Shown here piece by piece: positions 1-12,735 of a DNA stretch of 64,000 nucleotides (positions are counted from its first letter, which is position 1; each line of letters begins with the position of its first letter). The stretch lies in NCBI RefSeq assembly GCF_006345805.1, contig NC_043022.1, positions 14,756,001 to 14,820,000 on the forward strand, given 5' to 3'. The notes below the pieces were generated by a model. The model made no database searches. It was not told the DNA's origin and saw only the letters and a list, made by a program, of their open reading frames with translations. The DNA comes from Octopus sinensis. Its lineage: Eukaryota. Made by a program: the position numbers and the translations under genes.

Positions 1-64
1 CTCCTATCTATCAATCAATCTATCCATGTCTGTATGTGCGTATGCATATATAACACACGTATAT

Positions 65-108
<44 letters not shown>

Positions 109-1531
109 ACATTACTCTTTATGTACATTCCTTTATGTACACTGATTTGTTCTGCTTTTTTATGTTTAACCCTACAGTCTCTTATGTGGTGGTTTAATAA
201 AGTATGTGATTGAGTATTATCTGGTAATTGATATTTGATTTAGATGTATTTCTCCATTTTCTTATCTTGTATATATATATATAATTATAAACATATAGAA
301 ATGTATATAAATATATAAATATAAATATATATAAATATATAAATAAATAAATATATACATATATATAAATATATACAGGAGTGGCTGTGTAGTAAGTAGC
401 TTGCTAACGAACCACATGGTTCCGGGTTCAGTCCCACTGCTTGGCATCTTGGGCAAGTGTCTTCTACTATGCCTTGTGAGTGGATTTGGTAGACGGAAAC
501 TGAAAGAAGCCCGTCGTATATATGTATGTGTGTCTGAAACAAGTAAAAGAATAAAAGACTATCCTAATGTTTTGCATTCTATTTTCCTGTTTGTGTCACT
601 AAACTTATTTTGTATAACCACAACATCCTCAAAACTAGTAGAACTGCAGTCCTTTATTTTGGTATTTAGGAGAAAAATTAGCAATTTTTAACGGATTATA
701 ATTTAGTTAAGGCCAGGGGATAAAAATAAAACAAATGTTTGCTTATAAATTATGTTTAATTTGCTAAAAACTAAAAATAATTGCAACGCATACAAAATTT
801 GTTGTATTGTATTTTGGAAGAGTCATTATGCTAATAAACACATGCACTGGTTCTATTTTACTTCTTTTATTGTTACTAGTCAATTTGTTAACATTTATCG
901 ATTGTTTGTTTAGTTGTTCAAACACTTGCTAAATCAGCTGGGTTTGTCCTCATCAATAACAGATCTGATTGATTGATTGACTAAATGATTAGTCAAACAA
1001 CCAATAAATTGATTGATTAACCAATTGACAAACAATAATAAAGAAGTGAAAGAGAACCAGTGCATGTTTAATATTGGCATTATGACCCTCCCAAGAGACA
1101 ACAAAATCTGCTTCAACACAAGAGTTCACATGCAAACCAAACACGAAAATAAATAATTTCTTATGTGGTTCTTGAAAAAGTTGAAGTAAAATTGAGAAAG
1201 GAAGTACCCATCACTTCATACAGTACATTTTATTCTCCGCTTTCTGATTTGTGGGTAGGTTACCAAATGAGATTAAAACATTTAATTAATTATAAGCATC
1301 AATAATTATATAAGATGTTGAAAATCATTGTCTTTTTGTGACATAAGAGTATTTAACTGAATAAATATTCTTAACGAACACTATTTTCATTTTCTTGAAA
1401 TCTAAATACCAAACCAGTTATGGGATTGTATACGCTACACAACAAGACGAACAAAACAATTACATAATCAGAGAGGCAAATGTTATAACGATGATGATGA
1501 TGATGATGATAACAATGACACACATACATAC

Positions 1532-1615
1532 AAGGGCTGTGGAATCGGAGTCATGGAGTCGGAGGTGCCAATAGTAGAGGAGTCAAAGTTTTTTTGTTTC
1601 GAATCCACAGCCCTG
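1532..1615. mobile_element. hAT-type MITE (CAGGGCTGTGGA TIR family)
   Basis: TIRs aagggctgtgga / tccacagccctg, with 8-bp flanking duplication ATACATAC on both sides (within an ATAC microsatellite). Confidence 0.75.
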
Positions 1616-1639
1616 ATACATACATACATACAAAAAAGG

Positions 1640-2310
1640 TATGCTCTTTTGAATAGGGTGCCATAAAGTTTTGTCCAACTATGTGCCCCTTTCAGACTAT
1701 TCTTTTCCTTACAGGTGCCATTTCCGTGACACTGGGGTGCTTTTACATGCCACTGGCACAGGTACCAATTTGGGTGACACCGATATTTGCCATAACTGCG
1801 ATTTTGCTCAGCTTGATGGGTCTTCTTCTCAAGCACAATATAATGCCAAAGGTCTTGGTCATTGTCTCTGTGAGGCCCAACACTCAAAAGGAACTCAGCC
1901 ACTTTGCCTCCATGAGGACCAACGCTTAGAAAGGTGTTCTTTATGTACCACCAGCACAGGTGCCAGTTAACACGGCTATGATTTCACTTGGCTTGATGGT
2001 TCTTCTCAAGCATAGCATATCGCCAAAGATCTTGGTCACTAGTCATTGTCTCTGTGAGGCTCAAAGCTTGAAGATCATGCTCAACCAACTCATCCCATGT
2101 CTTCCTGGGTCTACCTCTACCACAGGTTCCCTCCACAATTAAAGATCGGCACTTCTTTACACAGCTGTCCTCATCCATATGCATCACATGGCCATACCAG
2201 TGAAGTTGTCTCTCTTGCACACCACATTTGATGCCTCTTAAGCCTAACTTTTCTCTCAAGATGCTTACACTCTGTCGAACATGCAAACTGACATTGCACA
2301 CATAGCCAGC
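1640..2310 (-). mobile_element. 5'-truncated RTE-clade LINE (ORF2 C-terminus plus repeat-bearing 3' UTR)
   Basis: ORF 1984-2301 encodes ...LHWYGHVMHMDEDSCVKKCRSLIVEGTCGRGRPRKTW..., the typical RTE ORF2 C-terminus (WxGHVxR...G.R.RGRP.K.W). Confidence 0.85.
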
Positions 2311-2316
2311 AAAGCA

Positions 2317-2350
<34 letters not shown>

Positions 2351-2355
<5 letters not shown>

Positions 2356-2562
2356 GTTAATCCAAACAAGAAAGCACCAAAAAACACAACAATGTGAGGA
2401 CGTGGAACAAATATAGTATTATTGGACGCTCAGGAAAGAAGGAAAGAAGGAGGGTTTAATGTTTCGAGCGGAGCTCTTCGTCAGTAACAGAGGAGAAGGA
2501 AAGATCCAAAGAAGGGAAGACAGAGAAAAAAACATCGCCAACGGTACACACGCGGTCACATT
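2351..2562 (-). mobile_element. Penelope-like element terminal-repeat fragment with degenerate hammerhead motif
   Basis: Homologous to 52262-52480 (shared cgctcaggaaa...tttaaYgtttcgagc...gctcttc). Minus strand contains CTGACGA-A-GAGC-tcc-GCTC-GAAA. Confidence 0.65.
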
Positions 2563-4057
2563 TTATACACACGTTATATATGAATAGTATAAGTTGTGGA
2601 TACATAAAATAGTGTGGCTATCACAGAAAGCTCCTCTAATGGACATGGCTATCAGACCACATACTAATCCAATACAAAGAAGTGTAATATAGAGCATCCA
2701 TCCAGCTGAAATCCAGAAGATCCGATCAATGAAATTATTTCAGGAGGAGTGCATGAACCATAACCTCCTGACTTTTTATACCTTTATATATGTATATATA
2801 CACACACACACACATAAAAGGACAGCAATTAAATGAAGTGTGACATTACTGCCTCATTGCCTTTCACACAGCTGTATACTGAAGGCTGATAGTCAATATA
2901 ATTAAAGCCTAGACTAAAAGGATAGTATAATCACAGCTGAAATAAAAGTACAGCACATCTGGAGTATTACGCTGCTGAGTTATTTCTTTTTTCCCCTCAA
3001 GTACCTGTAGGCCATAAATCTTTTGCAGGCAACAGAACAGGTAATGCAACAACAACACACACACATACACACACAATATCACAAAATAATACCTGAAAAA
3101 AATTATATGTTTCCGTTACCTGTGATATGAAGGGCAGGCGAGAGAGGGTAGAGAGACATGATGATGTCAGATGTGAGGGATAAGATATTAGATGTTGAAA
3201 GGGAATAAAATGGGTGCAAATAATGAAAGTAAAGGATTAAAAAAGACTTATTTTTCCAAAATAAAAAGTAAAAGAATAAAATTTCTTCCTGAACGGAATA
3301 ATATTATCAAACAAGAAAGTATGGAAAGGTATTTAGAAGTGGATCCAAATTGTTGATCATAGAATTTGAGCCGTTTGAAAGGCAGAGAGGCATGGTGAGT
3401 CAATGATTATATAGACTTAACTTGAGAAAGTTAAGCAGGGGGGATTAGACATGGAAGGTATTAAGTTCAATTTAAAAGTGATAAAATTTAAGAGAGATAA
3501 TCTTGTTGGAATGACAAGATGAAGAAAGTTTAAGGAGGAAAAGTCGTGTGTTTTTAAATAAATTTAGTCAGAAGAGGAGTGTTTGGTGCCCATAAGCCTT
3601 GTAAAAGTATATGGGTACCATTTTCACCCACCCCGCTTTCACTATCTAATATCTTATCCCTTGCGTCTATCATCATCACCACCACCACCACCACCACCAC
3701 CACCACCACCACCATCATCATCTCCTCTTTCACTCTCTTCTCCCCTCTGTCCCTCCTTTCTTGTAGAATGAAGTTGCTGATCAAATTTGAATCGTTAGAG
3801 GAAAATGTGGGCAGGGAAGAAGTTCTAGAAATTTCCTCTTCTAGAAAGGAAAGGCTGAGATTTTGTTTTTTCTATAGAGCAACAAAGAGGAGCAGGCCCA
3901 TAGCCTTTCCATTGCTACTTAGATTCGTTATATACACGTACACACATATATGTATATGTATGTATGAGCGTGTGTATGGCTGTCTCCTCACCTACACATC
4001 ATAGGGTAGTTGTATATATATACACACACACACACACATATAGTGTGTGTGTGTGTA

Positions 4058-4810
4058 TCATCATCTTCTTTTAACGTCTGCTTCCCATGCTGGCATGGGT
4101 TGGATGGTTTGTCTGAGGACTGGCAATCCAGGAGGCTGCGCCAAGCTCCAATCTGTTCTGGCAGTGTTTAAAATAATAATGAAATTATTGTATACAGTGC
4201 TCAGGTGCACCACAACTTGTCACAGCTTGATGCTCTTCCTAATGCCAACCACTCTGCAGAGTGTAGTGGGTGCATTTTACGTGCTACTGGCATGGGGGCC
4301 AGTCAGGCAGCACTGGCAGTGACCATGCTTGAATGGTGCTGTTTTACATGCCACTGGCACAGAAACCAGGCATCGATCACGCTTGGATGATGCTTTTTAT
4401 GTGTCACCAGCACAGGAGCCGGTCAGGTGGCACTGGCTTTGACTATGCTTGCATGATGCTTTTTACATGCCACCGGCACAGGAGCCAGTTAAGTGGCACT
4501 GGCTTCGAACACTCTAGAATGGTGCTTTTTATGTGCCACCGGCATGGGAGCCAGTCAGGCAGCACTGACATTGACCACGCATATATATTATATACATATA
4601 TATCATCATCATCGTTTAACATCCGTTTTCCATGCTAGCATGGGTTGGACAGTTCAACTGGGGTCTGGGAAGCCAGGAGGATGCGCCAGGCTCCAGTCTG
4701 ATCTGGCAGAGTTTCTACAGCTGGATGCCATCCCTAACGCCAACCACTCTGTGAGTGTAGTGGGTGCTTTTTACATGCCACCGGCACAGGGGCCAGTGGA
4801 GGCTGGCAAG
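4058..4810 (-). mobile_element. Two adjacent RTE-LINE 3'-tail copies; the first has ~5 VNTR units and a short CR1 3'-end insertion (~4171-4225)
   Basis: catcatcatc..tttaacgtc..ttccatgct.gcatgggttgga head and ggatgcccttcctaacgccaacc motif. The insert (aataataat...tgtatacagtgctcaggtgcac) matches the CR1 tail at ~32146-32200. Confidence 0.75.
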
Positions 4811-6117
4811 CGGAATAACCTCATAAATTCCAGATACAGAAGAATTGAAACCATTGCTCAATACAGCATGTCTCATAGAAATTCACAGCCATTCCAAGAC
4901 CAAAGTGTTACCGAAGCTAAAGCTTCGCTACAATTATTGTTGTTATTGCAATCACATCATTGCTGTTTCTGATGACATTAGTACTGTGCTGTTGTTGTTG
5001 TTGTTGTTGTTTGCAGTGAGAGCCGAGAGCAGAAGAAATTTCATTCAGCAAGTCACGACATGTATCGAGATTACGGTCGTGGGAATAGAACGGCTAAAAG
5101 CAGGACCATGTTAAGACATGATTTCTTGAAGAATTAAAAAAAAAAAGCAAAACAAACAAGAAACAACAACAAGAACAACATTTGTAAGCCAAACGCTTAC
5201 ATAAACATCAGTTTAAAAATACAATGAAAATACCTGATTACCTACTAACCCCTAAAGATGGGAAATGTTGTTGTTGTTGTTGTTATAATTATGTAAGTAT
5301 CATAACTAGGTGCAGGTATGGCAGTGTGGTTAAGATGCTTGATTTGGAACCATGCGGTTTTGGGTTCAGTCCCACTGTATGGCAACTTGGACATGTGGCT
5401 TCTACTATAGCCGCAGACTGTCCAAAGATTTGGGTGTGGATGTGGTAGATGGGAACTGTGGAAGCTAATCATGTATGTGTATGTGTGTATCTAAGTATAT
5501 GTCTGTGTGTGTGTATATATACATATATATATATATATATTATATATATATATATATATTATATATATATATATATATATATGACCATGATCATTGCCAG
5601 TGTTGCCTTACCAGCACATGTGCCAGTGGCACATGAAAGACAACACTTAAGCGTAGTCATTGCCAGTGCCACCGGACTGGCTCCCGTGTAGGTGGCACAT
5701 AAAAACACCTTTTGAGTGTGGTCGTTGCAAGAACTGCCTGATTGGCCCTTGTGCCGGTAGAGCATAAAAGCACCCACTACACTCTTGAAGTGGTTGGCAT
5801 TAGGAAAGGCATCCAGCTGTGTCTTGCCCAAGAGCACAACACGCAGCCCGGGCCAGGAATCAAACTCACAACCTCACAATCGTAAGCTCAACGCTCTAAC
5901 CACTGAGCCATGCGCCTTCACAATGTGACCTAACCATAGAGAAATAGACTGGACAATGGGAGTGCATGGGTTAGTGGTTAGGGTGTTGGACTCATAATTG
6001 TAAAATTGTGGTGTGTTCTTGAGCAAGACACTCCATTTCATGGTGCTCCAGGCCAACTGGTCAAAAGGAGTAATCCTGCAATAGACCTGTGTCTTGTCCA
6101 GTAGGGAATATATATAC

Positions 6118-6278
6118 CAGGGCTGTAGATTCGAAACAAAAAGTTTTGACTCCAACTTTGACTCCCTCTACCATTGGCACCTTCGACTCTGACTCCTCTA
6201 TGTAATTAAGTGATTGTGGTTTATTTTACTGACTCCGACTCCAGCTACCCATTAGTCATTTCCAACTCCACAGCTCTG
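6118..6278. mobile_element. hAT-type MITE, same family as 1532-1615 and 14616-14747
   Basis: cagggctgtaga...tccacagctctg ends and shared gactccgactcc interior. TSD not conserved. Confidence 0.65.
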
Positions 6279-6398
6279 AGAGAAACACCAGAGAAACCAG
6301 GAAACCAGCCCCTATGCTCCTTACAAAGTAATGTGGACTAACCATTGGGAAACACAACTGAGGATATACCACAAAAAGTTTAAATAGTTTCACATGGT

Positions 6399-6821
6399 AG
6401 GAGTGGCTGTGTGGTAAGTAGCTTGCTTAACAACCACATGGTTCCGGGTTCAGTCCCACTGTGTGGCACCTTGGGCAAGTGCCTTCTACTATAGCCTTGG
6501 GCCGACCAAAGCCTTGTGAGTGGATTTGGTAGACGGAAACTGAAAGAAGCCCGTCGTATATATGTATATATATATATATGTGTGTGTATATATATGTGTG
6601 TGTATATATATATGTATGTGTGTGAATATGTTTGTCCCCCACAACATTGCTTGACAACTAATGCTCGTGTGTTTACGTTCCCGAAACTCAGTGGTTCGGC
6701 AAAAGAGACCGATAGAATAAGTACTAGGATTACAAAGAATAAGCCCTGGGGTTGATTTGCTCGACTAAAGGCGGTGCTCCAGCATGACCACAGTCAAATG
6801 ACTGAAACAAGTAAAAGAGTA
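6399..6821 (+). mobile_element. tRNA-derived SINE family A, full length
   Basis: Box A-like gtggctgtgtggtaag, box B-like ggttcagtccc, core ccttgggcaagtgtcttc, internal (TA)/(TG) tract, tail gactgaaacaagtaaaagag. More than 25 full or partial copies in the window. Confidence 0.85.
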
Positions 6822-6868
6822 TAGTATCAAAATAAATAAATAAAAGTGCTTTTCATTTTTATTTTTAG

Positions 6869-6940
6869 CTGAACTCAGAACCGTTTCAACGGTTTATGAC
6901 ACAGAACTGATTCTACAGATTAACAGAGAAATGGCAAACG
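6869..6940 (+). CDS. Candidate 72-nt internal exon of an unidentified plus-strand gene (phase 1: AELRTVSTVYDTELILQINREMAN)
   Basis: Acceptor ttttcatttttatttttag|, donor AACG|gtaaca. Length is a multiple of 3 and only one frame is open. No homology recognised. Confidence 0.3.
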
Positions 6941-8461
6941 GTAACATGTTTTTCTGACCCCAAGGGCATTAGCAGCCAAGTTAGTGAAATGCTTTCAATC
7001 TTTCAACTTGAAGCCAAGTTTTTTTTTTCTCCCCTTGATTTGGTGCCAACTAATTGCTATACACCATTAAGTGTAAAGGTCTCTCTCTCCTCCCTCCTCT
7101 CTCTCTCTCTCTGGGGTCCCTAGGATCTTATAGGGAACTTACACTTAGTTCCAGTTTTGTGGAGTTACACTGGAATAAGAGATAAAATTTCTTTCTAGAA
7201 TGCCAATGTATATACATTGGTAAAATTCCTGAAAGATTTGGCAGCTATTCTTGACAGATTTGGTAAGCTAAAAAAAATCATGTGGTAAAAACAAATAAAT
7301 AAAACTCTTTGCAGTGGAGTTGAACTCATGACACAGGGCTAATAACCTATCTTTCACTAAACTACTTCATCCCCGTTGTGCCACAATGCCTGCTCCAGAA
7401 CCTAAAATAAAGGGTGCAGCAGAAGATTTCTAGTTTGTAATCGAGATTCTTTTTTTTTTTATTTCCTAAAACTTCGGTGATTTTTCTCATTAGTTTATTA
7501 TTCATTTCTTTAATTAATCCAATAAATTTGTGTCCAAAAAAAAAAAAATTACTTAATAAACATTTATATACTATAAAATTTATTAAATGCAAAAAGGGTG
7601 TTACTCCTGCTGACCCTACACAATAGCCATTAAGCCATTGGTGTCCCAATTTTTTTTATTTGATTTCTTATCAAAAATCTTTTTTATACAAATTTATCTA
7701 ATATTAGATATATAAAATAAATTTTTAACTACAATATTTGAAAGATATTCCGGTCTTGATGCCTAACTAAAGATATCTCAGAAAAATACAAGTGCTGCAG
7801 AAATATGATGGAATATCCTTCTGGTCCTTCAAATAAAAAAGGACCATGGGTGCTAATGGGTTATATCTTCCTGAATGTGGACATCATCATTATCATCATA
7901 GTCAACATCATCATCATTTAATATTCCCTTTTCCATGTTTGCATAAAAGCAGTCAGATGGAATTTTTTTGTTGAGTCAGATTTTCTATGACTGGATGCCC
8001 TTCCTGTCACCAACCTTCACCTGTTATATGAGCAAAGTTATATTTTTCCCATATATAGATATGTTTTTCACATTAGATTTGTGTGACGGTAATGTTTATT
8101 TACAATGATCACATGATGTCTAGACAAGATGCATACACACACACATATGCATGCATGTAGAGGCTTTGCAACTGCATGCTTCCAGGATCAGTTACATCCC
8201 TACAACTTAGAGGTTTATCAAAAGAGACTGATAGAATAAATACCAGGCTTTAAAAAAAAAATCACCGGGGTCAATTCATTCAATTAAAAATTCTTCAAGG
8301 TGGTGCCCCAGCATGGCCACAGTCTAACGACTGAAACAGGTAAAAGATACAAGACACACACATACATAAATGCACATAAGACAGGCTTCTTTCAGTTTCT
8401 GTCTACCAAATCTACTCACAAAGATTTGATCACCCTAGAGCTATAGAACAAGACACTAGCG

Positions 8462-8866
8462 CAGGAGTGGCTGTGTGGTAAGTAGCTTGCTAACCAACCA
8501 CATGGTTCCGGGTTCAGTCCCACTGCGTGGCATCTCAGGCAAGTGTCTTCTGCTATAGCCCTGGGCTGACCAAAGCCTTGTGAGAGGATTTTCTGGAAGG
8601 GAACTGGAAGAAGCCCGTCGTATATATGTATATATATATATATGTGTATGTATGTGTTTGTGTGTCTGTGTTTGTCCCCCTAGCATTGCTTGACAACTGA
8701 TGCTGGTGTGTTTATGTTCCCGTCACTTAGTGGTTCGGCAAAAGAGACCGATAGAATAAGTACTGGGCTTACAAAGAATAAGTCCCGGGGTCGAGTTGCT
8801 CGATTAAAGGCGGTGCTCCAGCATGGCCGCAGGCAAATGACTGAAACAAGTAAAAGAGTAAAGAGT
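8462..8866 (+). mobile_element. SINE family A full copy inserted in inverted orientation into an older family A copy (8225-8460 and 8867-8945, minus)
   Basis: The host's minus-strand sequence ...gaacaagacact is interrupted and resumes after the insert as gctaaggtgctgtgcagtgggacagaacc. Confidence 0.8.
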
Positions 8867-9595
8867 AGCTAAGGTGCTGTGCAGTGGGACAGAACCGAAG
8901 ACTACATGGCTGGGAAGCAAGCGTCTTAACCACACAACCATTCTTGTCCCTAAAAGACCTTATTAGTTCTAGTTTGCTCCTCTGCCAATTTCAGGAATGA
9001 TTGTTCTGCAATGATGATAAAATAAACAAACCCCTTTTCTTTCCTCATGCGAACATAAAAGTGACAGCAACCAATAACAACATTAACCTTATTACACGTA
9101 AATTGTGTAAATCGGGGTCCGGGTCCGTAGCAGGAACATTATCTATTGGTAATTATTGAGCTGATAAAACAAGGGCAGTGGGGGAGGTAGGGCTGATGTA
9201 CTGTGTACACAGGAGATAAGAAATATATAATTGCGTGGGTGGGGGTCTGGTAGCCATGTGTGTATATATATGTGTGTATGTGTGTCTGCATGTATGTATA
9301 TATGTCTGTATACATGTGTGCATGTATGTAGGTACATGTGTGTATGTCTACGTTTGTGTGTGTGAGCACTTATGTTTACTGGTGTAAACCAGGAGGTTGT
9401 GTTGCATCCCTTTCTGTAAAAAAAAAAGAAAAAGAAAAAGAAGTTGGGTGAGTGGTTAAGAAGGTTACTTTGCAAGCACATGGTTTTGTGTTCAGTCCCA
9501 CTGTACAGCACTTGGGGCAAATGTCTTCTACTATAGCCCCTATGCCTATCAATGCCTTGTGAGTGAATTTGATAGACAGAAACAATGTGAAGGTG

Positions 9596-9830
9596 ACAAG
9601 CTGGCAGAAACGTTAGCACGCCGGGCGAAATGCTTAGGGGTATTTCGTCTGTCGTTATGTTCTGAGTTCAAATTCCGCCGAGGTTGACTTTGTCTTTCAT
9701 CCTTTTGGGGGTCAATAAATTAAGTACCAGGTATACACTGGGGTCGATGCAATCAACTTAATTCCTTTGTCTGTCCTTGTTTGTCCCCTCTATGTTTAGC
9801 CCCTTGTGGGTAGTAAAGAAATAAGAAACA
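9596..9830 (+). mobile_element. SINE family C (gagctggcagaa head; ctttcatcctttcggggtcgataaattaagtaccag core)
   Basis: Recurrent element in the window. The core is reminiscent of the Deu/Nin-type conserved SINE domain (from memory, unverified). Confidence 0.7.
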
Positions 9831-9857
9831 ATGTGAAGAGCATTATATATGTGTGTG

Positions 9858-9906
<49 letters not shown>

Positions 9907-10174
9907 TATATATATATACATATATACATACATATGTGTGTGTCTTTGTATTTTTTAACTCACCCACATACATACATACTAATTGACAACCAAGGTTGGT
10001 GTGTTTATGTCCCCGTAACTTAGCAGTTCAGCAAAAGAGACCAATAGAGTAAGTGCTCCAGCATGGCCATGACTGAAACAAGTAAAAGAATACATGCCAT
10101 AATATATCTAAAATACATATATAAACCAACAATTCTTTTCCCTCTTATAGAACACAACTGATATTTGTCTAGGG

Positions 10175-10743
10175 CAGTAATTCTTGACCCCTTTTTTTGC
10201 CTCTGGATCCCTTTGATTCTTATTTTACTCTCCTGGACTTCCATAGCCATCTGATATATATATATATATATATATCACGTAAAATGCACCAATCCGACCG
10301 TGGCCGATGCCAGCCTCGCCTGGCTCCAGTGCAGGTGGCACGTAAAAAGCACCCACTACACTCACGGAGTGGTTGGCATTAGGAAGGGCATCCAGCTGTA
10401 GAAACATTGCCAGATAAGACCGGAGCCTGGTGCAGCCTTCTGGCTTCCCAGATCCCCAGTCGAACCGTCCAACCCATGCTAGCATGGAGAACAGACATTA
10501 AATGATGATGATGATGATGATGATATATATATATAAATCTTAATGTATTTTTATAACTAAATATTATTAGGAATTATATAAAAATTATTCTTAAGAATAA
10601 AAATTATTATAAGGAATTGTGTAAAAAGAAATAAAATATTTTATGCATTGCAGAACTATAACTAATTTATTGGGGATAAATTTTAACAACAAAATCTTAT
10701 ATGGACCCTCAAGGGCCATACAGAGCCTGGTTGAGAACTGCTG
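10175..10743. mobile_element. hAT (Charlie-like) MITE interrupted by an RTE 3'-tail copy (~10262-10523)
   Basis: Left end cagtaattcttgacc, right end ggttgagaactgctg. Flanks gtctaggg / gtctagag (8 bp, 1 mismatch). Same family as 14974-15229. Confidence 0.75.
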
Positions 10744-10751
10744 GTCTAGAG

Positions 10752-10937
10752 CAGTGCTCTGCCACCAGTATACCAGGGCACACTGGTGTGCCACGAGACG
10801 ATGCTAAGTGTGCCACAGTGTGACCTGAACATAATTTTTTTCCCTGTACTTTTAGTTATATTTTTAGTTCAGGTGTGTCACCGAATTTTGAACAGAATAT
10901 AAATGTACGACAACTGAAAAACAGTTGTGGGGCACTG
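10752..10937. mobile_element. hAT MITE with perfect 8-bp TSD GTCTAGAG
   Basis: Ends cagtgctc... / ...gtggggcactg. gtctagag at 10744-10751 and 10938-10945. NTCTAGAN is the known Charlie-type target preference. Confidence 0.8.
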
Positions 10938-11267
10938 GTCTAGAGTAGCATATATTTTTTCTTTGTCTTTTCCCTCCCCATTTTAAACAGCCTTTTTTTT
11001 TATCCCGTATTAGGAGTCCCTTAGAAATAGGATCAAACATGTTCGATAATAATAACAAAAGATTAGGCAGAACCTTAATAACAACTGAAAGTGTCAGTTA
11101 GTGCATAGAACGACTCTCTTACACTGCATAGTCTTGTCTTGATTCGGACCTCTTAAATTATACAGCTAATTAATATGAACAACAGCAACAACCATAACAA
11201 AGGAAGAGGAAAAATGTTTAACTTCCAAGAGGTAAGAAATGCTTAGAAAATATACTTTCAGTTTTAT

Positions 11268-11657
11268 ACTCTTTTACTCTTTTTACTCTTTTACTTGTTT
11301 CAGTCATTTGACTGCGGCCATGCTGGAGCACCGCCTTTAATCGAGCAATTCGACCCCGGCACTTATTCTTTTGTAAGCCCAGTACTTATTCTATCGGTCT
11401 CTTTTGCCGAACCGCTAAGTAACGGGGACATAAACACACCAGCATCGGTTGTCAAGCAATGCTAGGGGGACAAACACAAACACACACATATATACGACAG
11501 GCTTCTTTCAGTTTCCGTCTACCAAATCCACTCACAAGGCATTGGTCGGCCCGGGGCTATAGTAGAAGACACTTGCCCAAGATGCCACGCATTGGGACTG
11601 AACCCGGAACCATGTGGTTGGTAAACAAGCTACTTACCACACAGCCACTCCTGCGCC
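11268..11657 (-). mobile_element. SINE family A, full length
   Basis: Reverse complement of the family consensus, (ctctttta)n tail through head cagccactcctgcgcc. Confidence 0.85.
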
Positions 11658-11733
11658 TTATCTTTATTTATTTTTATAAAAACATTGTAATGGGGATATA
11701 TACAAAGGATTTTCATCTCCCAGTCTTCTCTTG

Positions 11734-11767
<34 letters not shown>

Positions 11768-12144
11768 GATGGGCTTTCAGTTCCATCTACCAAATCCACT
11801 AACAAGGCTTTGGTCAGCCCAAGGCTATATAGCAGAAGACACTTGGCCTTTACTTTTTATTTCTTATTTTGTCTGACCTGTTATTCATGAAACAAACAAA
11901 TAACAGATTCTGTACATTTTATTCTATGAGTTTGGAAGAAAATATCCAATTTGCAAAAAAACCAAAGACGTATAAAGAAATTGGCAGATGTAAATGCACC
12001 GAGAAGTGCATGTGTGCACACGCACATACACATATACATGGATGCACATACTTCCACATTATATAATCATAGTTCCAGTATAAGGTATTAATTAATGTAT
12101 TAAACATCCTCCAGTGAAATCATATATAAAAGAAAAGACACCTC

Positions 12145-12415
12145 AGCTAAATATAACAGGGTTTTATATATATATATATATATTATATATATATATATAT
12201 ATTAATATCTACATATATCTATATCTATATATATCTATATATATATATATGTGTATATATATCTATCTATATACTATATATGTGTGTGTGTATATATCTA
12301 TATACATATATCTATATATATGTATATATATTATATGTGTGTGTGTGTGTTTGTTGTATATATCTATATATATCTATCTATATACATATATCTATATATA
12401 TATATATATGTGTAT

Positions 12416-12501
<86 letters not shown>

Positions 12502-12589
12502 ATATATCTATATATATCTATATACATATATCTATATCTATATATATGTATATATGTATATATATATATATTATATATATATATAATAT

Positions 12590-12664
<75 letters not shown>

Positions 12665-12735
12665 TCACACACATACACTCATATGCATATATAAATATAC
12701 ACATACATACAAATATATATTATATTATATATATA
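12145..12735. repeat. Compound (TA)n/(TG)n/(TATC)n microsatellite block
   Basis: Directly visible; source of the IYIYI-type ORFs. Confidence 0.95.
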
